Shown one piece after another: positions 38,431-50,056 of a DNA stretch of 64,000 nt. The stretch covers positions 8,498 through 72,497 of the forward strand of contig CACHYW010000003.1 in the NCBI GenBank assembly GCA_902584215.1, read 5' to 3'. Source of the DNA: an uncultured Pelagibacteraceae bacterium (GTDB lineage Bacteria; Pseudomonadota; Alphaproteobacteria; Pelagibacterales; AG-422-B15). How positions within the stretch are numbered: position 1 is the first letter of the stretch; every line of letters starts with the position of its first letter. The translations under genes and the position numbers were made by a program. The notes under the pieces were generated by a model, which saw nothing but the letters and a program-made list of their open reading frames with translations, ran no database searches and was not told where the DNA came from.

Positions 38431-40536
38431 ATGATTGTTCCTTATCTTAGACAAGATTTAAAATTGAGTGAGGGCCCCAAAAAAGAGGACGGCTCTTCCT
38501 CATGGCTTCTGTATGACTCTTTGAGAAATAAATATTTTTCGATAAACAAAAATGCTTTTGATCTCTTAAATAATTGGTCAAGTGGATCTCAATTAGAAGA
38601 TTTTATAAAAAAAATTAATGAAACCAAATTATTAGTAACTAAAGAAGAAATAAGTGAGTTCATAAATTTTCTTGATCAAAATAATTTAACGATCAAAAAA
38701 ACAAGTGAAGAAGTTAAATCTTTAGTAGTTCAAAAAAACAAGACCAATAAACATTGGTTGCTTAAACTTATTCACAATTATCTATTTTTCAAAATACCTT
38801 TGGTAAGACCTGGTACTTGGCTTCAAAGAAGTTTACCTATTGCCTTGTTCTTGAGCTCATTGACAATCAGACGGATTATTTATGGTCTAGGTTTAATTGG
38901 AATATTTTTGACAATAACTAATTATGAGAAATTCCTTTCAACCTTTTCATATTTCTACAACATTAATGGTCTGATCTTATTTGGAATTACAATTGTTTTT
39001 GTAAAAGCATTACATGAGTTGGGTCATGCGTACGTAGCTACATACTATAAGTGTAAGGTTTCATCAATTGGCTTAGCTATGTTGGTTTTTTTTCCATTTC
39101 TGTATACGGATACATCCGATGCCTGGAAACTCACTGATCACAGAAAGCGTTTACTAATAAATTTTGCAGGCGTGTTAACTGAACTACACCTAGCTTTGAT
39201 TGCTACATTTGCGTGGGCTGTATTTCCTGAGGGCATCATGAAAAGTGCAGCATTTTTCATTGCTACATCAAGCTGGATCTCATCTTTATTAATAAATATA
39301 AGTCCTTTCATGAGGTTTGATGGATATTATGTGTTATCAGACTTTCTTAAAGCTGAAAATTTGCAACCACGGTCATTTGCATTGGGTCGATGGCAGATAA
39401 GAGAGTGGCTCTTTGGTTTTAAATTTCAACCACCTGAACAGTTGATCGCTAACAGAAGGTGGACTTTCATAATTTATGCATGGGCTACGTGGATTTATCG
39501 TTTCTTCATTTTTATTGGTATTGCATTATTAGTTTACTATTTAACATTTAAAATATTAGGAATTATTTTATTTGTAATAGAAATTGTATGGTTCATTTTA
39601 TTGCCGATCGCCAGAGAAGTTATTCAATGGTGGAAGCTTAGAAAATCTATGAAATTCAATAGATCTTCTATGAGGTCAATCATCTTATTTGCAGTGTTTA
39701 TGTTTGCTATGCTTGTTCCATGGCGTACATCCCTTAGCTTGCCAGCTGTTATTGAAGAAGGTGTTGTTCTTGATATTTTTGCCTCTGAAGATTCAAAGAT
39801 AAGGAAGGTGTTTGTTTCGCATGATCAATACGTAGCTGAAGGTGATTTGCTAGTTGTTATGGCGAACCCATTGATTTCTAATAAAGTCGAAAAAGCAATT
39901 GACCGCGTGAAAATGATACAGCAAAAACTTGATCGTAGAGTGGGATCAGAACTTGATCTTAGCAATCTATTAATACTTGAGAACGAATTACAAAAAGAGA
40001 TTGAAATTCTGAATTCATTGAAAGAAGAAAATAAAGCTTTATCAATTTACGCACCATCAGACGGTATGGTAAAAGATTTGATAAGTCTTAAAGCCAATCA
40101 ATGGGTAAATAAAAAAGACAAACTATTTTCAATAGTTCAGTCAGAAGAAGTGCAAGTGATAGCTTTTGTTAGTGAGACAGATCTTGATAAACTTAAAAAA
40201 GTTTCAAGCGGTTACTTCCACGCAAAAAATAATGAATTCGCAAAAGTCAAAGTTGACTTAGTATCTGCGAATAAAACTTCCACTGATGAGTTGCCTTATT
40301 TAGCTCTGACTTCAACATATGGGGGTACAATTGCTTCAAGAGAAATACAAGGAGAAAAACAAGTTCTTAGACCTGAAAATGCTTTATATCAATTAAATTT
40401 CACTTCCTTAGAAAATTCAAAAGATTTACAATGGCAGACAGCTGGATTTGTTAAAATAGATTCTGAAAATTATAATATTTTTCAAAATATATTTAATGCT
40501 ACTACCTCAATACTCATTCAGGAAAGTGGGTTTTAG
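38431..40536 (+). CDS. Site-2 (M50) intramembrane metalloprotease fused to a HlyD-like domain
   Basis: HELGH (HExxH), [12 protein letters not shown], multiple TMs, then lipoyl/coiled-coil adaptor region (IYAPSDG). Confidence 0.87.
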   Translation: MIVPYLRQDLKLSEGPKKEDGSSSWLLYDSLRNKYFSINKNAFDLLNNWSSGSQLEDFIKKINETKLLVTKEEISEFINFLDQNNLTIKKTSEEVKSLVVQKNKTNKHWLLKLIHNYLFFKIPLVRPGTWLQRSLPIALFLSSLTIRRIIYGLGLIGIFLTITNYEKFLSTFSYFYNINGLILFGITIVFVKALHELGHAYVATYYKCKVSSIGLAMLVFFPFLYTDTSDAWKLTDHRKRLLINFAGVLTELHLALIATFAWAVFPEGIMKSAAFFIATSSWISSLLINISPFMRFDGYYVLSDFLKAENLQPRSFALGRWQIREWLFGFKFQPPEQLIANRRWTFIIYAWATWIYRFFIFIGIALLVYYLTFKILGIILFVIEIVWFILLPIAREVIQWWKLRKSMKFNRSSMRSIILFAVFMFAMLVPWRTSLSLPAVIEEGVVLDIFASEDSKIRKVFVSHDQYVAEGDLLVVMANPLISNKVEKAIDRVKMIQQKLDRRVGSELDLSNLLILENELQKEIEILNSLKEENKALSIYAPSDGMVKDLISLKANQWVNKKDKLFSIVQSEEVQVIAFVSETDLDKLKKVSSGYFHAKNNEFAKVKVDLVSANKTSTDELPYLALTSTYGGTIASREIQGEKQVLRPENALYQLNFTSLENSKDLQWQTAGFVKIDSENYNIFQNIFNATTSILIQESGF

Positions 40537-41153
40537 TTTATTTCAAGACCGCCCTCAGTTTTGAGAAATTCAGCAATATTTTCTATACCCTTATTATTCT
40601 TCATTTCACCAAATATATAAGGCATGCCTGATCGGGCAGTTTCAACATCTAATTTCATTTGATCTAAATCAACATTTACATGATTTGCTAAATCAGTTTT
40701 ATTGATGATTAGTAAATCAGATTTTTTTATTGCTGGTCCACCTTTACGAGGAATATCACCTCCCATTCCTACATCAATCACATAGATTGATAAATCTACC
40801 AACTCCGGACTAAACGTTGCAGCCAAATTATCTCCACCTGACTCAATTAATAGCAACTGTAAATCAGGAAATTTTTGTTTCATTTCTTCTACAGCCAAGA
40901 GGTTAATCGAAGCATCTTCTCGAATTGCGGTATGAGGGCATCCACCTGTTTCGACGCCTTTAATTCTCTCAATTGGTAAAACTTGAGCTCTCATTAAATA
41001 CTCGGCATCCTCGATTGTATAAATATCATTCGATATAACTGCCATTGAAATATTTTTAGATAAATTTTTGCACAAAGCCTCAGTAAGACTTGTTTTACCT
41101 GCACCTACAGGGCCGCCGATACCAATTTTTAATGGACCTCGAAAATTATTCAT
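40533..41153 (-). CDS. ureG: Urease accessory GTPase UreG
   Basis: [28 protein letters not shown] 41153 overlaps the ureF stop. Confidence 0.96.
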   Translation of the reverse strand: MNNFRGPLKIGIGGPVGAGKTSLTEALCKNLSKNISMAVISNDIYTIEDAEYLMRAQVLPIERIKGVETGGCPHTAIREDASINLLAVEEMKQKFPDLQLLLIESGGDNLAATFSPELVDLSIYVIDVGMGGDIPRKGGPAIKKSDLLIINKTDLANHVNVDLDQMKLDVETARSGMPYIFGEMKNNKGIENIAEFLKTEGGLEIN

Positions 41154-41809
41154 GTGACATAAATTCTGGATGTAAGATTTTCGTGTTTCATACTGTAAAT
41201 ATCCGCACAAAACATTGAACTGCGTAAATCGTCTAAGCTATAGTCTTTCATCGTATTATGAAATCTTTTCATCATTCCAAGAAATGACACCATACAATCT
41301 TGACCATCTTTTTGACTTAAAGGTATATGTTTAACGCACATATTAATTAAGTTTGATATGAATGATTGAATATAAAAATCAACCAAATCATCAAAAGCAA
41401 TATGAAATTGAATTCCTGCTTGAGCAACACACATTGGAAAAGCGGTTTCATTATTTATTGTATAGTCCCAACTCTCAGACATAATTTTTCGGAAGGCGTC
41501 ACCCATTTTGAGTGTTTCAAGCCGACGTTCCTTGGATGAGCAACTTGCAAGCACTAAATCATTTACATTAATTCCATCATAGGTAGCCTTGATAAAGATA
41601 TACTCATTTCTGCATGTTCCCTCAAAGAGAATACTTTTAATAAATTCCAATACGTCATTTTTATTTTTGATAAGCTTGTCATCAATTAAGGCCTCGAGAC
41701 CATGCGAATATGCGTATGAACCAATAGGAAATGAAGACGAAAACCAAAGATGTAAAATTTGATGAGATTTTAAATCTAATAAGCTTTTATTTTTAATGCT
41801 TATGACCAT
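41150..41809 (-). CDS. ureF: Urease accessory protein UreF
   Basis: [14 protein letters not shown]-terminal HE..SRIY; start approximate. Confidence 0.9.
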   Translation of the reverse strand: MVISIKNKSLLDLKSHQILHLWFSSSFPIGSYAYSHGLEALIDDKLIKNKNDVLEFIKSILFEGTCRNEYIFIKATYDGINVNDLVLASCSSKERRLETLKMGDAFRKIMSESWDYTINNETAFPMCVAQAGIQFHIAFDDLVDFYIQSFISNLINMCVKHIPLSQKDGQDCMVSFLGMMKRFHNTMKDYSLDDLRSSMFCADIYSMKHENLTSRIYVT

Positions 41810-42236
41810 GCGTTCTTCCCATACCGTAAGCCCCTCCTTCAGGATTAAATTGTTCAATCACAGATTTTGTCTGCCCCCCAAGTCTTCTCACCATATCCTC
41901 AATTATATGGTCATTTTGTATTAGAATTCTTGTAGCTTCAATCTGACAGGGGATATGTCTATTCCCAATATGCCATATTAATTTATTTAAATCTTCTGAC
42001 TTGATCTCAATTAAATTTTCCTTTTTTGATTTTATAGTAATTAATTTTCCACTCTCAAGTTTGAATGCTTGATTAGTCAGGACTGATTTCATCTCTTCAA
42101 GATCAACAAGAAATTCATGACCTTTGTCAGAAACTAACTTTTTGCGTCGCATGAATCTCTCCTCATAAGATAGCGAAATTGTATCAATCTCTTCAGAGGA
42201 ATCACAGTTACTTAATATTAGATTACAAATTTCCAT
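41793..42236 (-). CDS. ureE: Urease accessory protein UreE
   Basis: WHIGNRH, FNPEGGAYG, short His tail. Confidence 0.93.
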   Translation of the reverse strand: MEICNLILSNCDSSEEIDTISLSYEERFMRRKKLVSDKGHEFLVDLEEMKSVLTNQAFKLESGKLITIKSKKENLIEIKSEDLNKLIWHIGNRHIPCQIEATRILIQNDHIIEDMVRRLGGQTKSVIEQFNPEGGAYGMGRTHGHKH

Positions 42237-42238
42237 AA

Positions 42239-43945
42239 TCAGTACATAAAATATCTTTGTGCCATTGGCAGTTCTTTCGCTGGTTCACATGTTATAATTT
42301 CTCCATTTGCCCTAACCTCATATGTTTCAGGATTTACATCTATAGTTGGACAAACATCATTTAAAACCATATCTTTTTTCGAAATTGACCTTGTATTGCT
42401 TACCGGCAGCATACTTTTTTGTATATTGAGATGATTAAGGCTGCCAGCCTCCAGAGAACTCTTGCTGACAAAAGTTACCGATGAGTTCTCAAGCGATCTT
42501 CCATAACTTCCAAACATTGGGCGGGTATATACAGGTTGGGGAGTCGGAATCGATGCGTTTGGATCGCCCATTTGAGCGCAGGCAATACTTCCACCCATTA
42601 TTACAATCTCAGGCTTAACACCAAAGAAAGCTGGGTCCCAGATAACGATATCAGCTCTTTTATTTTTTTCGAGACTGCCAACATAGGAAGAAATTCCATG
42701 AGCAATTGACGGATTTATTGTATATTTTGCAAGGTATCGTTTGACTCTTAAATTATCATTATCGCCATGCTCTTCAGACAGTCTTCCTCGTTGGACTTTC
42801 ATTTTATGAGCTGTTTGCCATGTTCTGATAATAACCTCACCAACACGTCCCATAGCTTGACTGTCGGATGCGATGATTGAGAAAGCACCCATATCGTGTA
42901 ATATGTCTTCAGCAGCCATCGTTTCTCTCCGTATTCTACTCTCAGCAAATGCTACGTCTTCAGGTATTGATTTATCAAGGTGATGGCAAACCATCAGCAT
43001 ATCTAAATGCTCTTCAACAGTGTTAACAGTAAATGGTCGTGTCGGATTAGTTGAAGATGGCAAAACATAGGGTTCACCGCAAATTTTTATTATATCAGGC
43101 GCGTGTCCACCACCTGCACCCTCAGTATGAAATGTGTGAATGGTTCTTTTATTAATTGCATTAATTGTATTTTCTACAAAGCCGCTTTCATTGAGCGTAT
43201 CAGTATGTATCATGACCTGAACGTCGAATTTATCAGCAACATTTAAACAATTATCAATTGCACCAGGAGTAGAGCCCCAGTCCTCATGAAGTTTGAGAGC
43301 AGCTGCTCCACCAAGAACTTGTTCCTCTAAACCAGAAGGCAACGAAGAATTTCCTTTGCCTGCATAGGCTAAATTCATCGAGAAAGCATCAGATGATTGA
43401 AGCATTCTGCCGATGTGCCATGGCCCCGGCGTGCAAGTAGTTGCTAATGTTCCATGTGCAGGTCCAGTACCTCCACCCAGCATCGTAGTAATGCCAGAAT
43501 GTAAGGCGTCATCAATTTGCTGAGGACATATGAAATGTATATGACTGTCAAAGCCGCCCGCCGTTACAATTTTACCTTCACCTGCAATAACTTCAGTACC
43601 TGGACCAATTATAATATCCACACCGGGTTGTGTATCAGGGTTGCCAGCTTTTCCAATATGGTCAATATTTCCGTTCTTTAGTCCAATATCTGCTTTATAT
43701 ATCCCGGTGACATCTAGAATCAGAGCATTTGTAATAACTGTGTCTACGGCTCCATCACTTCTTGAAACCTGAGACTGTCCCATGCCATCGCGAATAACTT
43801 TGCCGCCACCAAACTTGACTTCCTCACCGTAGACTGTGAGGTCTTTTTCAACCTCTATGAAAAGTTCAGTATCAGCTAACCTTACTTTATCGCCTGTTGT
43901 GGGCCCATACATAGCTGCATAAGATTGTCTTGGAATTTTTTTCAT
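42239..43945 (-). CDS. ureC: Urease subunit alpha
   Basis: [36 protein letters not shown]. Confidence 0.98.
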   Translation of the reverse strand: MKKIPRQSYAAMYGPTTGDKVRLADTELFIEVEKDLTVYGEEVKFGGGKVIRDGMGQSQVSRSDGAVDTVITNALILDVTGIYKADIGLKNGNIDHIGKAGNPDTQPGVDIIIGPGTEVIAGEGKIVTAGGFDSHIHFICPQQIDDALHSGITTMLGGGTGPAHGTLATTCTPGPWHIGRMLQSSDAFSMNLAYAGKGNSSLPSGLEEQVLGGAAALKLHEDWGSTPGAIDNCLNVADKFDVQVMIHTDTLNESGFVENTINAINKRTIHTFHTEGAGGGHAPDIIKICGEPYVLPSSTNPTRPFTVNTVEEHLDMLMVCHHLDKSIPEDVAFAESRIRRETMAAEDILHDMGAFSIIASDSQAMGRVGEVIIRTWQTAHKMKVQRGRLSEEHGDNDNLRVKRYLAKYTINPSIAHGISSYVGSLEKNKRADIVIWDPAFFGVKPEIVIMGGSIACAQMGDPNASIPTPQPVYTRPMFGSYGRSLENSSVTFVSKSSLEAGSLNHLNIQKSMLPVSNTRSISKKDMVLNDVCPTIDVNPETYEVRANGEIITCEPAKELPMAQRYFMY

Positions 43946-44250
43946 TTAATTTTTCCCATGACTTTTTTATTAAACCCAAATATTTTTTTTAGTCCCTGTA
44001 TTTCTATAAGCTCAACATCTCTTGTTTGCCCAGGTTCAAACCTTACTGCCGTTCCAGATGAAATATTTAGTCTCATGCCTAAAGATTTCTTTCTATCAAA
44101 TTCAAGACTTTCATTTACTTCAGCAAAATGATAGTGGCTACCGACTTGAATTGGACGATCACCAGTGTTGGAGACTTTCATTGTCAAACTCACTAAATCT
44201 TTATTTAAAATTATTTCACTGTCACTTGTAATTATTTCTCCTGGAATCAT
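43942..44250 (-). CDS. ureB: Urease subunit beta
   Basis: [29 protein letters not shown]. Confidence 0.97.
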   Translation of the reverse strand: MIPGEIITSDSEIILNKDLVSLTMKVSNTGDRPIQVGSHYHFAEVNESLEFDRKKSLGMRLNISSGTAVRFEPGQTRDVELIEIQGLKKIFGFNKKVMGKIK

Positions 44251-44257
44251 ATAATTC

Positions 44258-44560
44258 TTACCTTATGGGTTTATGTACCGTGACTAACTTTGTTCCATCT
44301 GGAAAAGTTGCTTCTGTCTGCACTTCGGCAATCATTTCAGCAACTCCTTCCATACAGTCATCTTTTTTCAATACATGTGCTGCACTTTCCATTAATTCAG
44401 CTACAGATTTGCCGTCTCTTGCACCTTCAACAACATAATCAGAAATAATTGATACGGCTTCAGGGTAATTTAATTTAACGCCACGGTCTAACCTCTTTCG
44501 AGCGACTATTGCAGCCATGCTGACCATCATTTTATCAATCTCTCTTGGAGAAAGCTTCAC
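44258..44560 (-). CDS. ureA: Urease subunit gamma
   Basis: [29 protein letters not shown] start overlapping the ureD stop (GTGA). Confidence 0.96.
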   Translation of the reverse strand: MKLSPREIDKMMVSMAAIVARKRLDRGVKLNYPEAVSIISDYVVEGARDGKSVAELMESAAHVLKKDDCMEGVAEMIAEVQTEATFPDGTKLVTVHKPIR

Positions 44561-45354
44561 GCAGCACCCCACATGTAAGGAATTTTACCATTCATCATGA
44601 TTGATACGATATTTTTTGTAAATTTTTTTAAATAATAGTTATTAGATGAAATACTTCTTATTACTATCTTACCATCCCACTCTGAAATACCAGTAGTTAT
44701 ACTTTTTTCATCATGTATATTATCTTTTAATACAGTATAAAATTTATTCATCTCTGAACCGAGTATTATTATTGTATTAATTGCAATATTATCATTAAGC
44801 ATAAATTTACTTTTCCGCATTATTTTTATATTATCTTCAAAGCCATTGATTTCAAGGTGAGCAATTTTATTATCATTAAATATTTTCCATCGATCAGAGT
44901 AGTAACCTTTTTCAATCGACTCATTCATTGCTGATCTTCCATAAACAACTGTTTCAGTGAAAAATAAATTTGAATTATTCAAAAGATTGATATCAATTTG
45001 ACGTCTTAGGTTGCAGTTATCAAAGAGGATTGTTTCATTTGGTATCCAAAAAAGAGTACTATTATCAATGTTAATCGTATATTTAAGTTCAGCCGCATCT
45101 CCATAACCACTGTATACCTTCTCAGCAGCCTGACTTGTAGTGAGCATATGTGTATTGTGTAAATCTATATTGATATTAAACTTATCTCCACTTGTTACAC
45201 CCCCAGATGTATTAACTAAAACTATTTGAGACAAACTAGAGTAGGATTGAGGTAGTAAAGCTTTAAGGCATCCTTGCTGATATAATCTTTCAACATCATT
45301 ATTTATAAACTCTGCATCAATTGTGCCTAAAGATTTTTGAAGATTTACTTTCAT
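44557..45354 (-). CDS. ureD: Urease accessory protein UreD
   Basis: [33 protein letters not shown]. Confidence 0.9.
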   Translation of the reverse strand: MKVNLQKSLGTIDAEFINNDVERLYQQGCLKALLPQSYSSLSQIVLVNTSGGVTSGDKFNINIDLHNTHMLTTSQAAEKVYSGYGDAAELKYTINIDNSTLFWIPNETILFDNCNLRRQIDINLLNNSNLFFTETVVYGRSAMNESIEKGYYSDRWKIFNDNKIAHLEINGFEDNIKIMRKSKFMLNDNIAINTIIILGSEMNKFYTVLKDNIHDEKSITTGISEWDGKIVIRSISSNNYYLKKFTKNIVSIMMNGKIPYMWGAA

Positions 45355-45540
45355 GAAATTATCATAGTGTTTTAATTTCAAGTTGACAAATAATTGTCAT
45401 TTATTTTTATCACTAAAATTACAGATACTAATTAGTAATATAAAAATTAGGTTTAAATTTTTTTTTTGAAGATGTCATGTTGGCAAGTGTAAAGATTCGT
45501 ATCACTAATTTTTTTAAGAAATTATGTATCAGTTAAAAAA

Positions 45541-46821
45541 ATGAAAGGACGAATAATGATCAAGAAAATTATAGTTGTTATGTCATTTTTCTTTTTTAGT
45601 ATCACTGCGTATGCAGATACTATCAAAGTTGGCATATTACACTCGCTGTCGGGTACGATGGCAATTTCAGAGACAACGTTAAAAGATACAATGTTAATGT
45701 TGATCGATGAACAAAATGAAAAGGGCGGTATTCTCGGAAAAAAACTGGAAGCAGTAGTTGTTGATCCTGCTTCAGATTGGCCACTTTTTGCCGAAAAAGC
45801 TCGAGAACTAATAACTGTCAATGATGTTGATGTAATGTTTGGCTGCTGGACTTCTGTGTCTAGAAAGTCTGTATTACCCGTAATTGAAGAACTTAACGGA
45901 TTACTTTTTTATCCAGTTCAATATGAGGGTGAAGAAAGCTCAAAAAATGTATTTTATACCGGAGCTGCTCCAAACCAACAAGCTATACCAGCTACTGATT
46001 ACTATCTAGAAGAACTAGGCATTGAAAAGTTCGCATTACTTGGAACTGACTATGTTTATCCTAGAACAACAAACAAAATTCTAAATCAATATTTGATTGA
46101 TAAAGGAATTCCTGAATCTGATATTTTTGTAAATTACACACCTTTTGGTCACTCGGATTGGTCGAAAATTGTTGCTGATGTTGTAGCACTTGGGGCTGAT
46201 GGAAAGAAGGTAGGTGTTATTTCAACTATTAACGGTGATGCAAACATTGGATTTTACAAAGAACTTGCAGCTGCAGGCGTGAACGCTGAAGACATACCAG
46301 TTGTCGCGTTCTCAGTTGGTGAAGAGGAATTATCCGGACTTGATACAACAAATTTGGTTGGCCACCTAGCTGCGTGGAATTATTTTCAATCAGCTGAATC
46401 CGACTTAAATACAGCATTTATCAAAAACTGGAAAAGCACTATGGGACCAGAAAGAGTTACTAATGACCCGATGGAAGCGCACGTGATTGGATTTAACATG
46501 TATGTAAAAGCAGTGGAAAAAGCTGGAACTACTGACGTAGATGCAGTTAGAGAAGCCATGTATGGAATTACAGTTCCAAATCTCACGGGTGGAACTGCTG
46601 AAATGCTCCCAAATCATCATCTCTCTAAACCTGTTTTAATAGGTGAGATCCTTGAGGATGGTCAGTTTGATATAATTAGCCAAACGACCGAGGTTCCAGG
46701 AGATGCATGGACAGATCACTTAGTAGAGTCAGCTGTTTTAACATCAGATTGGCAAAGCTTAGGTTGTGGGATGTATAATACTTCGACCAGCAGCTGTGTT
46801 CAGTTAAAGTCTAACTACTAA
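45541..46821 (+). CDS. urtA: Urea ABC transporter substrate-binding protein
   Basis: GILHSLSGTMAISE, GCWTSVSRK, YPVQYEG, DYVYPR; true start may be the second Met. Confidence 0.95.
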   Translation: MKGRIMIKKIIVVMSFFFFSITAYADTIKVGILHSLSGTMAISETTLKDTMLMLIDEQNEKGGILGKKLEAVVVDPASDWPLFAEKARELITVNDVDVMFGCWTSVSRKSVLPVIEELNGLLFYPVQYEGEESSKNVFYTGAAPNQQAIPATDYYLEELGIEKFALLGTDYVYPRTTNKILNQYLIDKGIPESDIFVNYTPFGHSDWSKIVADVVALGADGKKVGVISTINGDANIGFYKELAAAGVNAEDIPVVAFSVGEEELSGLDTTNLVGHLAAWNYFQSAESDLNTAFIKNWKSTMGPERVTNDPMEAHVIGFNMYVKAVEKAGTTDVDAVREAMYGITVPNLTGGTAEMLPNHHLSKPVLIGEILEDGQFDIISQTTEVPGDAWTDHLVESAVLTSDWQSLGCGMYNTSTSSCVQLKSNY

Positions 46822-46834
46822 TTTTAACCTAAAT

Positions 46835-46875
46835 AAAACGCTGTAAAGAATAGTTAATATTCTTTATGGCGTTTT
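46835..46875 (+). terminator. Stem-loop after urtA
   Basis: AAAACGCTGTAAAGAATA / TATTCTTTATGGCGTTTT stem with two G-U pairs, ending in a T run. Confidence 0.65.
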
Positions 46876-46881
46876 TAAATT

Positions 46882-48894
46882 ATGAAAATTAAATTTTATA
46901 TAATTTTTCTGTATGTTTTTTTTATAAATCTACCAGCAGTTGCTCACCATGATGAATTCAATATATTCTTAATAGAAAATTCAGAAAATATAATTAAGAG
47001 TTCAGCAAAAACTGTTGATTCTATACTAAGAGACATACAAAGTTTTGATGATGAAATTGTTTCAAGATTTTTAGAACTGTGGAAATCGAAGAGTCTCTAC
47101 TATATAAAAGATACGAAACAAGTAGTTATAGTTAATGAAAATGAAGAGTCACTTGACGCCTTAGAAATAGATGGTCTTACTAGGATCGGCAATTACAGCA
47201 AAAAAGAAATCAAAAAGATTAAACCCAACAGTGGAGTAAGAGCAAAAATAGACTCTATTTTAGTAAAATACCAAATATCTAATTCAGATATTAATGTACG
47301 ACAAAAAAGCATAGAAAGCTTAAAAAGAAATATCCGGCCTGAACACTTGGAAGTGTTACAAGATGCTTACATAAATGAGTCAGATGCAGAACTAAAAACT
47401 GTTATTGATCGATTGCTAAAATTTGCAATTGTTAAGTACTCCGACTCGAATGATAAAAAATTAGAAATAATCGAGTCTTTTAAAGGCGATACTGCGATCG
47501 AAATAAGGGCTTCTCTAAATCAACTCCTCAATTCTTCAGAAGTGAAAGTCGGCATCTCTCTTCCTAATAATAAAAATATTGCTAGAGTAATTGTGCCTGG
47601 TTTTACAATCAAAAATAGTAATGGAACATCGGGTACAACTAATTTTTTTAATGAAGATATTGAGATATCAATTAATGATGCATATGACAAATTATATGCG
47701 GATAATCTAGTTTATAAAAAAAGGATTACCCAAGACGAATTAAAGAAAATATTAGAACAAAATATTAGCGGAGATACTATTGGAGGATATTCTATTAGTT
47801 CACTAGACAATGAACAATCTCGCATTGCTGCCTATAATAAATTAGTTGCAGATAATTTAGCACCTCCTTTTATTTCTGAAAATAAAATTAATGAAGAAGT
47901 AAACAAATTTATATTTTATTCAATTTACAATGAAACTTCTTCTGAAGTAACAAATGCCGCACTAAATACTCTAGCTAGTATAAATTTTAGAGTTCAGATC
48001 TATAAATATATTGACTTACTTATTGATGGTTTAAGTCTTGCATCAATCTATTTTCTTGGAGCAATTGGTTTAGCGATTACTTTTGGTGTAATGAGAGTAA
48101 TTAATATGGCTCATGGTGAATTTATCATGATGGGTGCTTATACGGGGTATGTTGTTCAACAATTTATAAGTAACCATACACTATCACTTTTAGTTGCACT
48201 TCCCCTCGCATTTATAATTACATTTATAGCTGGAGTGATCATGGAAAGACTCGTTATACGTCATTTGTATCGTAAACCACTTGATACATTACTGGCCACT
48301 TTCGGGATCAGTATTGCATTACAACAAATTGCAAAGAATATTTTCGGAACACAAGCAAGACCACTTACGTCTCCATCGTGGCTTGATGGATCGCTCAGTC
48401 TGAGCGATGATCTATCGATCAGTTATATAAGAATTGCGATATTTATTTTGAGTCTAATATTTCTGGGTTTGTTGCTCTTTGTAATGAATCGTACCAGACT
48501 TGGATTGGAGACTCGTGCAGTGACCCAAAATCCAGTGATGGCCTCCAACATGGGAATTAATCCTGAAAGAATAAATATGTTAACTTTTGGCTTTGGTTCA
48601 GGAATTGCAGGAATTGCAGGAATTGCTATTGGACTTTTTTCTAAGGTTACATCTGAGCTCGGGTCTGAATATATAGTTCAGAGCTTTATGACAGTGGTTG
48701 TTGGAGGAGTGGGCAACATATGGGGCACATTAGCGGGAGCCTCACTAATCGGGTTCCTTCAAAAATTTATAGAATGGTTCAATCCATCTAATACTCTCGC
48801 AGCGCAAACTTATATGATCATCTTTATTATTTTATTTATACAATTTAGACCAAAAGGGATAGTAGCCCTTAAAGGGAGAGCAGCTGATGACTAA
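46882..48894 (+). CDS. urtB: Urea ABC transporter permease UrtB (long periplasmic N-terminus)
   Basis: GLAITFGVMRVINMAHGEF, LLATFG, FIQFRPKG. Confidence 0.93.
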   Translation: MKIKFYIIFLYVFFINLPAVAHHDEFNIFLIENSENIIKSSAKTVDSILRDIQSFDDEIVSRFLELWKSKSLYYIKDTKQVVIVNENEESLDALEIDGLTRIGNYSKKEIKKIKPNSGVRAKIDSILVKYQISNSDINVRQKSIESLKRNIRPEHLEVLQDAYINESDAELKTVIDRLLKFAIVKYSDSNDKKLEIIESFKGDTAIEIRASLNQLLNSSEVKVGISLPNNKNIARVIVPGFTIKNSNGTSGTTNFFNEDIEISINDAYDKLYADNLVYKKRITQDELKKILEQNISGDTIGGYSISSLDNEQSRIAAYNKLVADNLAPPFISENKINEEVNKFIFYSIYNETSSEVTNAALNTLASINFRVQIYKYIDLLIDGLSLASIYFLGAIGLAITFGVMRVINMAHGEFIMMGAYTGYVVQQFISNHTLSLLVALPLAFIITFIAGVIMERLVIRHLYRKPLDTLLATFGISIALQQIAKNIFGTQARPLTSPSWLDGSLSLSDDLSISYIRIAIFILSLIFLGLLLFVMNRTRLGLETRAVTQNPVMASNMGINPERINMLTFGFGSGIAGIAGIAIGLFSKVTSELGSEYIVQSFMTVVVGGVGNIWGTLAGASLIGFLQKFIEWFNPSNTLAAQTYMIIFIILFIQFRPKGIVALKGRAADD

Positions 48895-50056
48895 TTCAAT
48901 AAATGATTTACTAGCTCGACACACATTAATTTTTACAATAGTTGTTGTTATATTTTCTCTGTTTATAACTTTTTTTAGTGAACCTTACGGAAACGGATTA
49001 ATATCTACTAGTTTTGTCAAAACTTTAGGCAAAACTGTTTGTCTATGCATAATTGCTCTGGCAATGGATGTGGTATGGGGTTATTGCGGAATTCTGTCTC
49101 TAGGGCATTTCGCCTTTTTTGGACTTGGTGGTTACATGATTGGAATGTGGCTAATGTATGAGCGAACAGCCATTATTGTTCAGGAGGCTGCCATTAATGA
49201 GTTGCTTCCATTAACCGAAACTGAATTATCAAATGCCATTGGAAACCAGATTTTTGGAGTTGTCGGTGGCTATGAAATACCATCCATATGGATGTTTGCA
49301 GATAGTCTTGGTTTACAATTGATTTTGGTTATTGTAGTACCTGGTATTCTTGCATTTATATTTGGGTGGCTTGCATTCAGGTCGAGAGTAACTGGAGTTT
49401 ATCTCTCAATTTTAACTCAAGCATTAACTTTAGCTCTCTCACTATATTTATTTCAAAATGACAGTGGTCTAAGGGGTAATAATGGCCTCTCAGGTTTGCA
49501 GAATATTCCTGGCATTGAGTATTTAGGACAAGAGGTCATATCCATAGGGTTTTTTTGGGCAAGTTGTATTTTTCTAATATCTATTTTTTTACTTTTTCAT
49601 TCACTTATGAAAAGCAAGTTTGGATTAATTATTACATCAATAAGAGATAACGAAACACGAGTAAGGTTCTTAGGGTATAATGTCGAAATATATAAATTAT
49701 TTATATTTGTGTTAACAGCAATAATCTCAAGTATTGCTGGTGCTCTTTATTACCCTCAAGCAGGTATAATTAATCCTGCAGAGCTTGCGCCTATTGCATC
49801 GATCTATCTCGCTGTATGGGTGGCTATTGGAGGAAGAGGAAAATTGTATGGAGCAATCATTGGTGCCACTTTTGTTTCATTATTTTCGTCATGGTTTACT
49901 GGTGGACAAGCACCCGATATTCCTTTGGGCATGTTTACTATAGAATGGGTGAATTGGTGGACAGTGTTGTTAGGGTTTGGATTTGTAATAATCACAATTT
50001 TTAGTGAAAATGGAATAATTGGTTTTTTAAGAAATATATTTGTTAAGGAAAAATGA
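48887..50056 (+). CDS. urtC: Urea ABC transporter permease UrtC
   Basis: WGYCGILSLGH, GVYLSILTQA, VAIGGRG. Confidence 0.93.
   Translation: MTNSINDLLARHTLIFTIVVVIFSLFITFFSEPYGNGLISTSFVKTLGKTVCLCIIALAMDVVWGYCGILSLGHFAFFGLGGYMIGMWLMYERTAIIVQEAAINELLPLTETELSNAIGNQIFGVVGGYEIPSIWMFADSLGLQLILVIVVPGILAFIFGWLAFRSRVTGVYLSILTQALTLALSLYLFQNDSGLRGNNGLSGLQNIPGIEYLGQEVISIGFFWASCIFLISIFLLFHSLMKSKFGLIITSIRDNETRVRFLGYNVEIYKLFIFVLTAIISSIAGALYYPQAGIINPAELAPIASIYLAVWVAIGGRGKLYGAIIGATFVSLFSSWFTGGQAPDIPLGMFTIEWVNWWTVLLGFGFVIITIFSENGIIGFLRNIFVKEK

Noticed and set aside
45479..45500. Sigma-54 promoter for urtA (TTGGCA)
   Set aside because: No correctly spaced -12 TGC element.
46882..48000. Long N-terminal extension of UrtB as a novel fusion
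   Set aside because: Long periplasmic N-termini are a known feature of many proteobacterial UrtB proteins.
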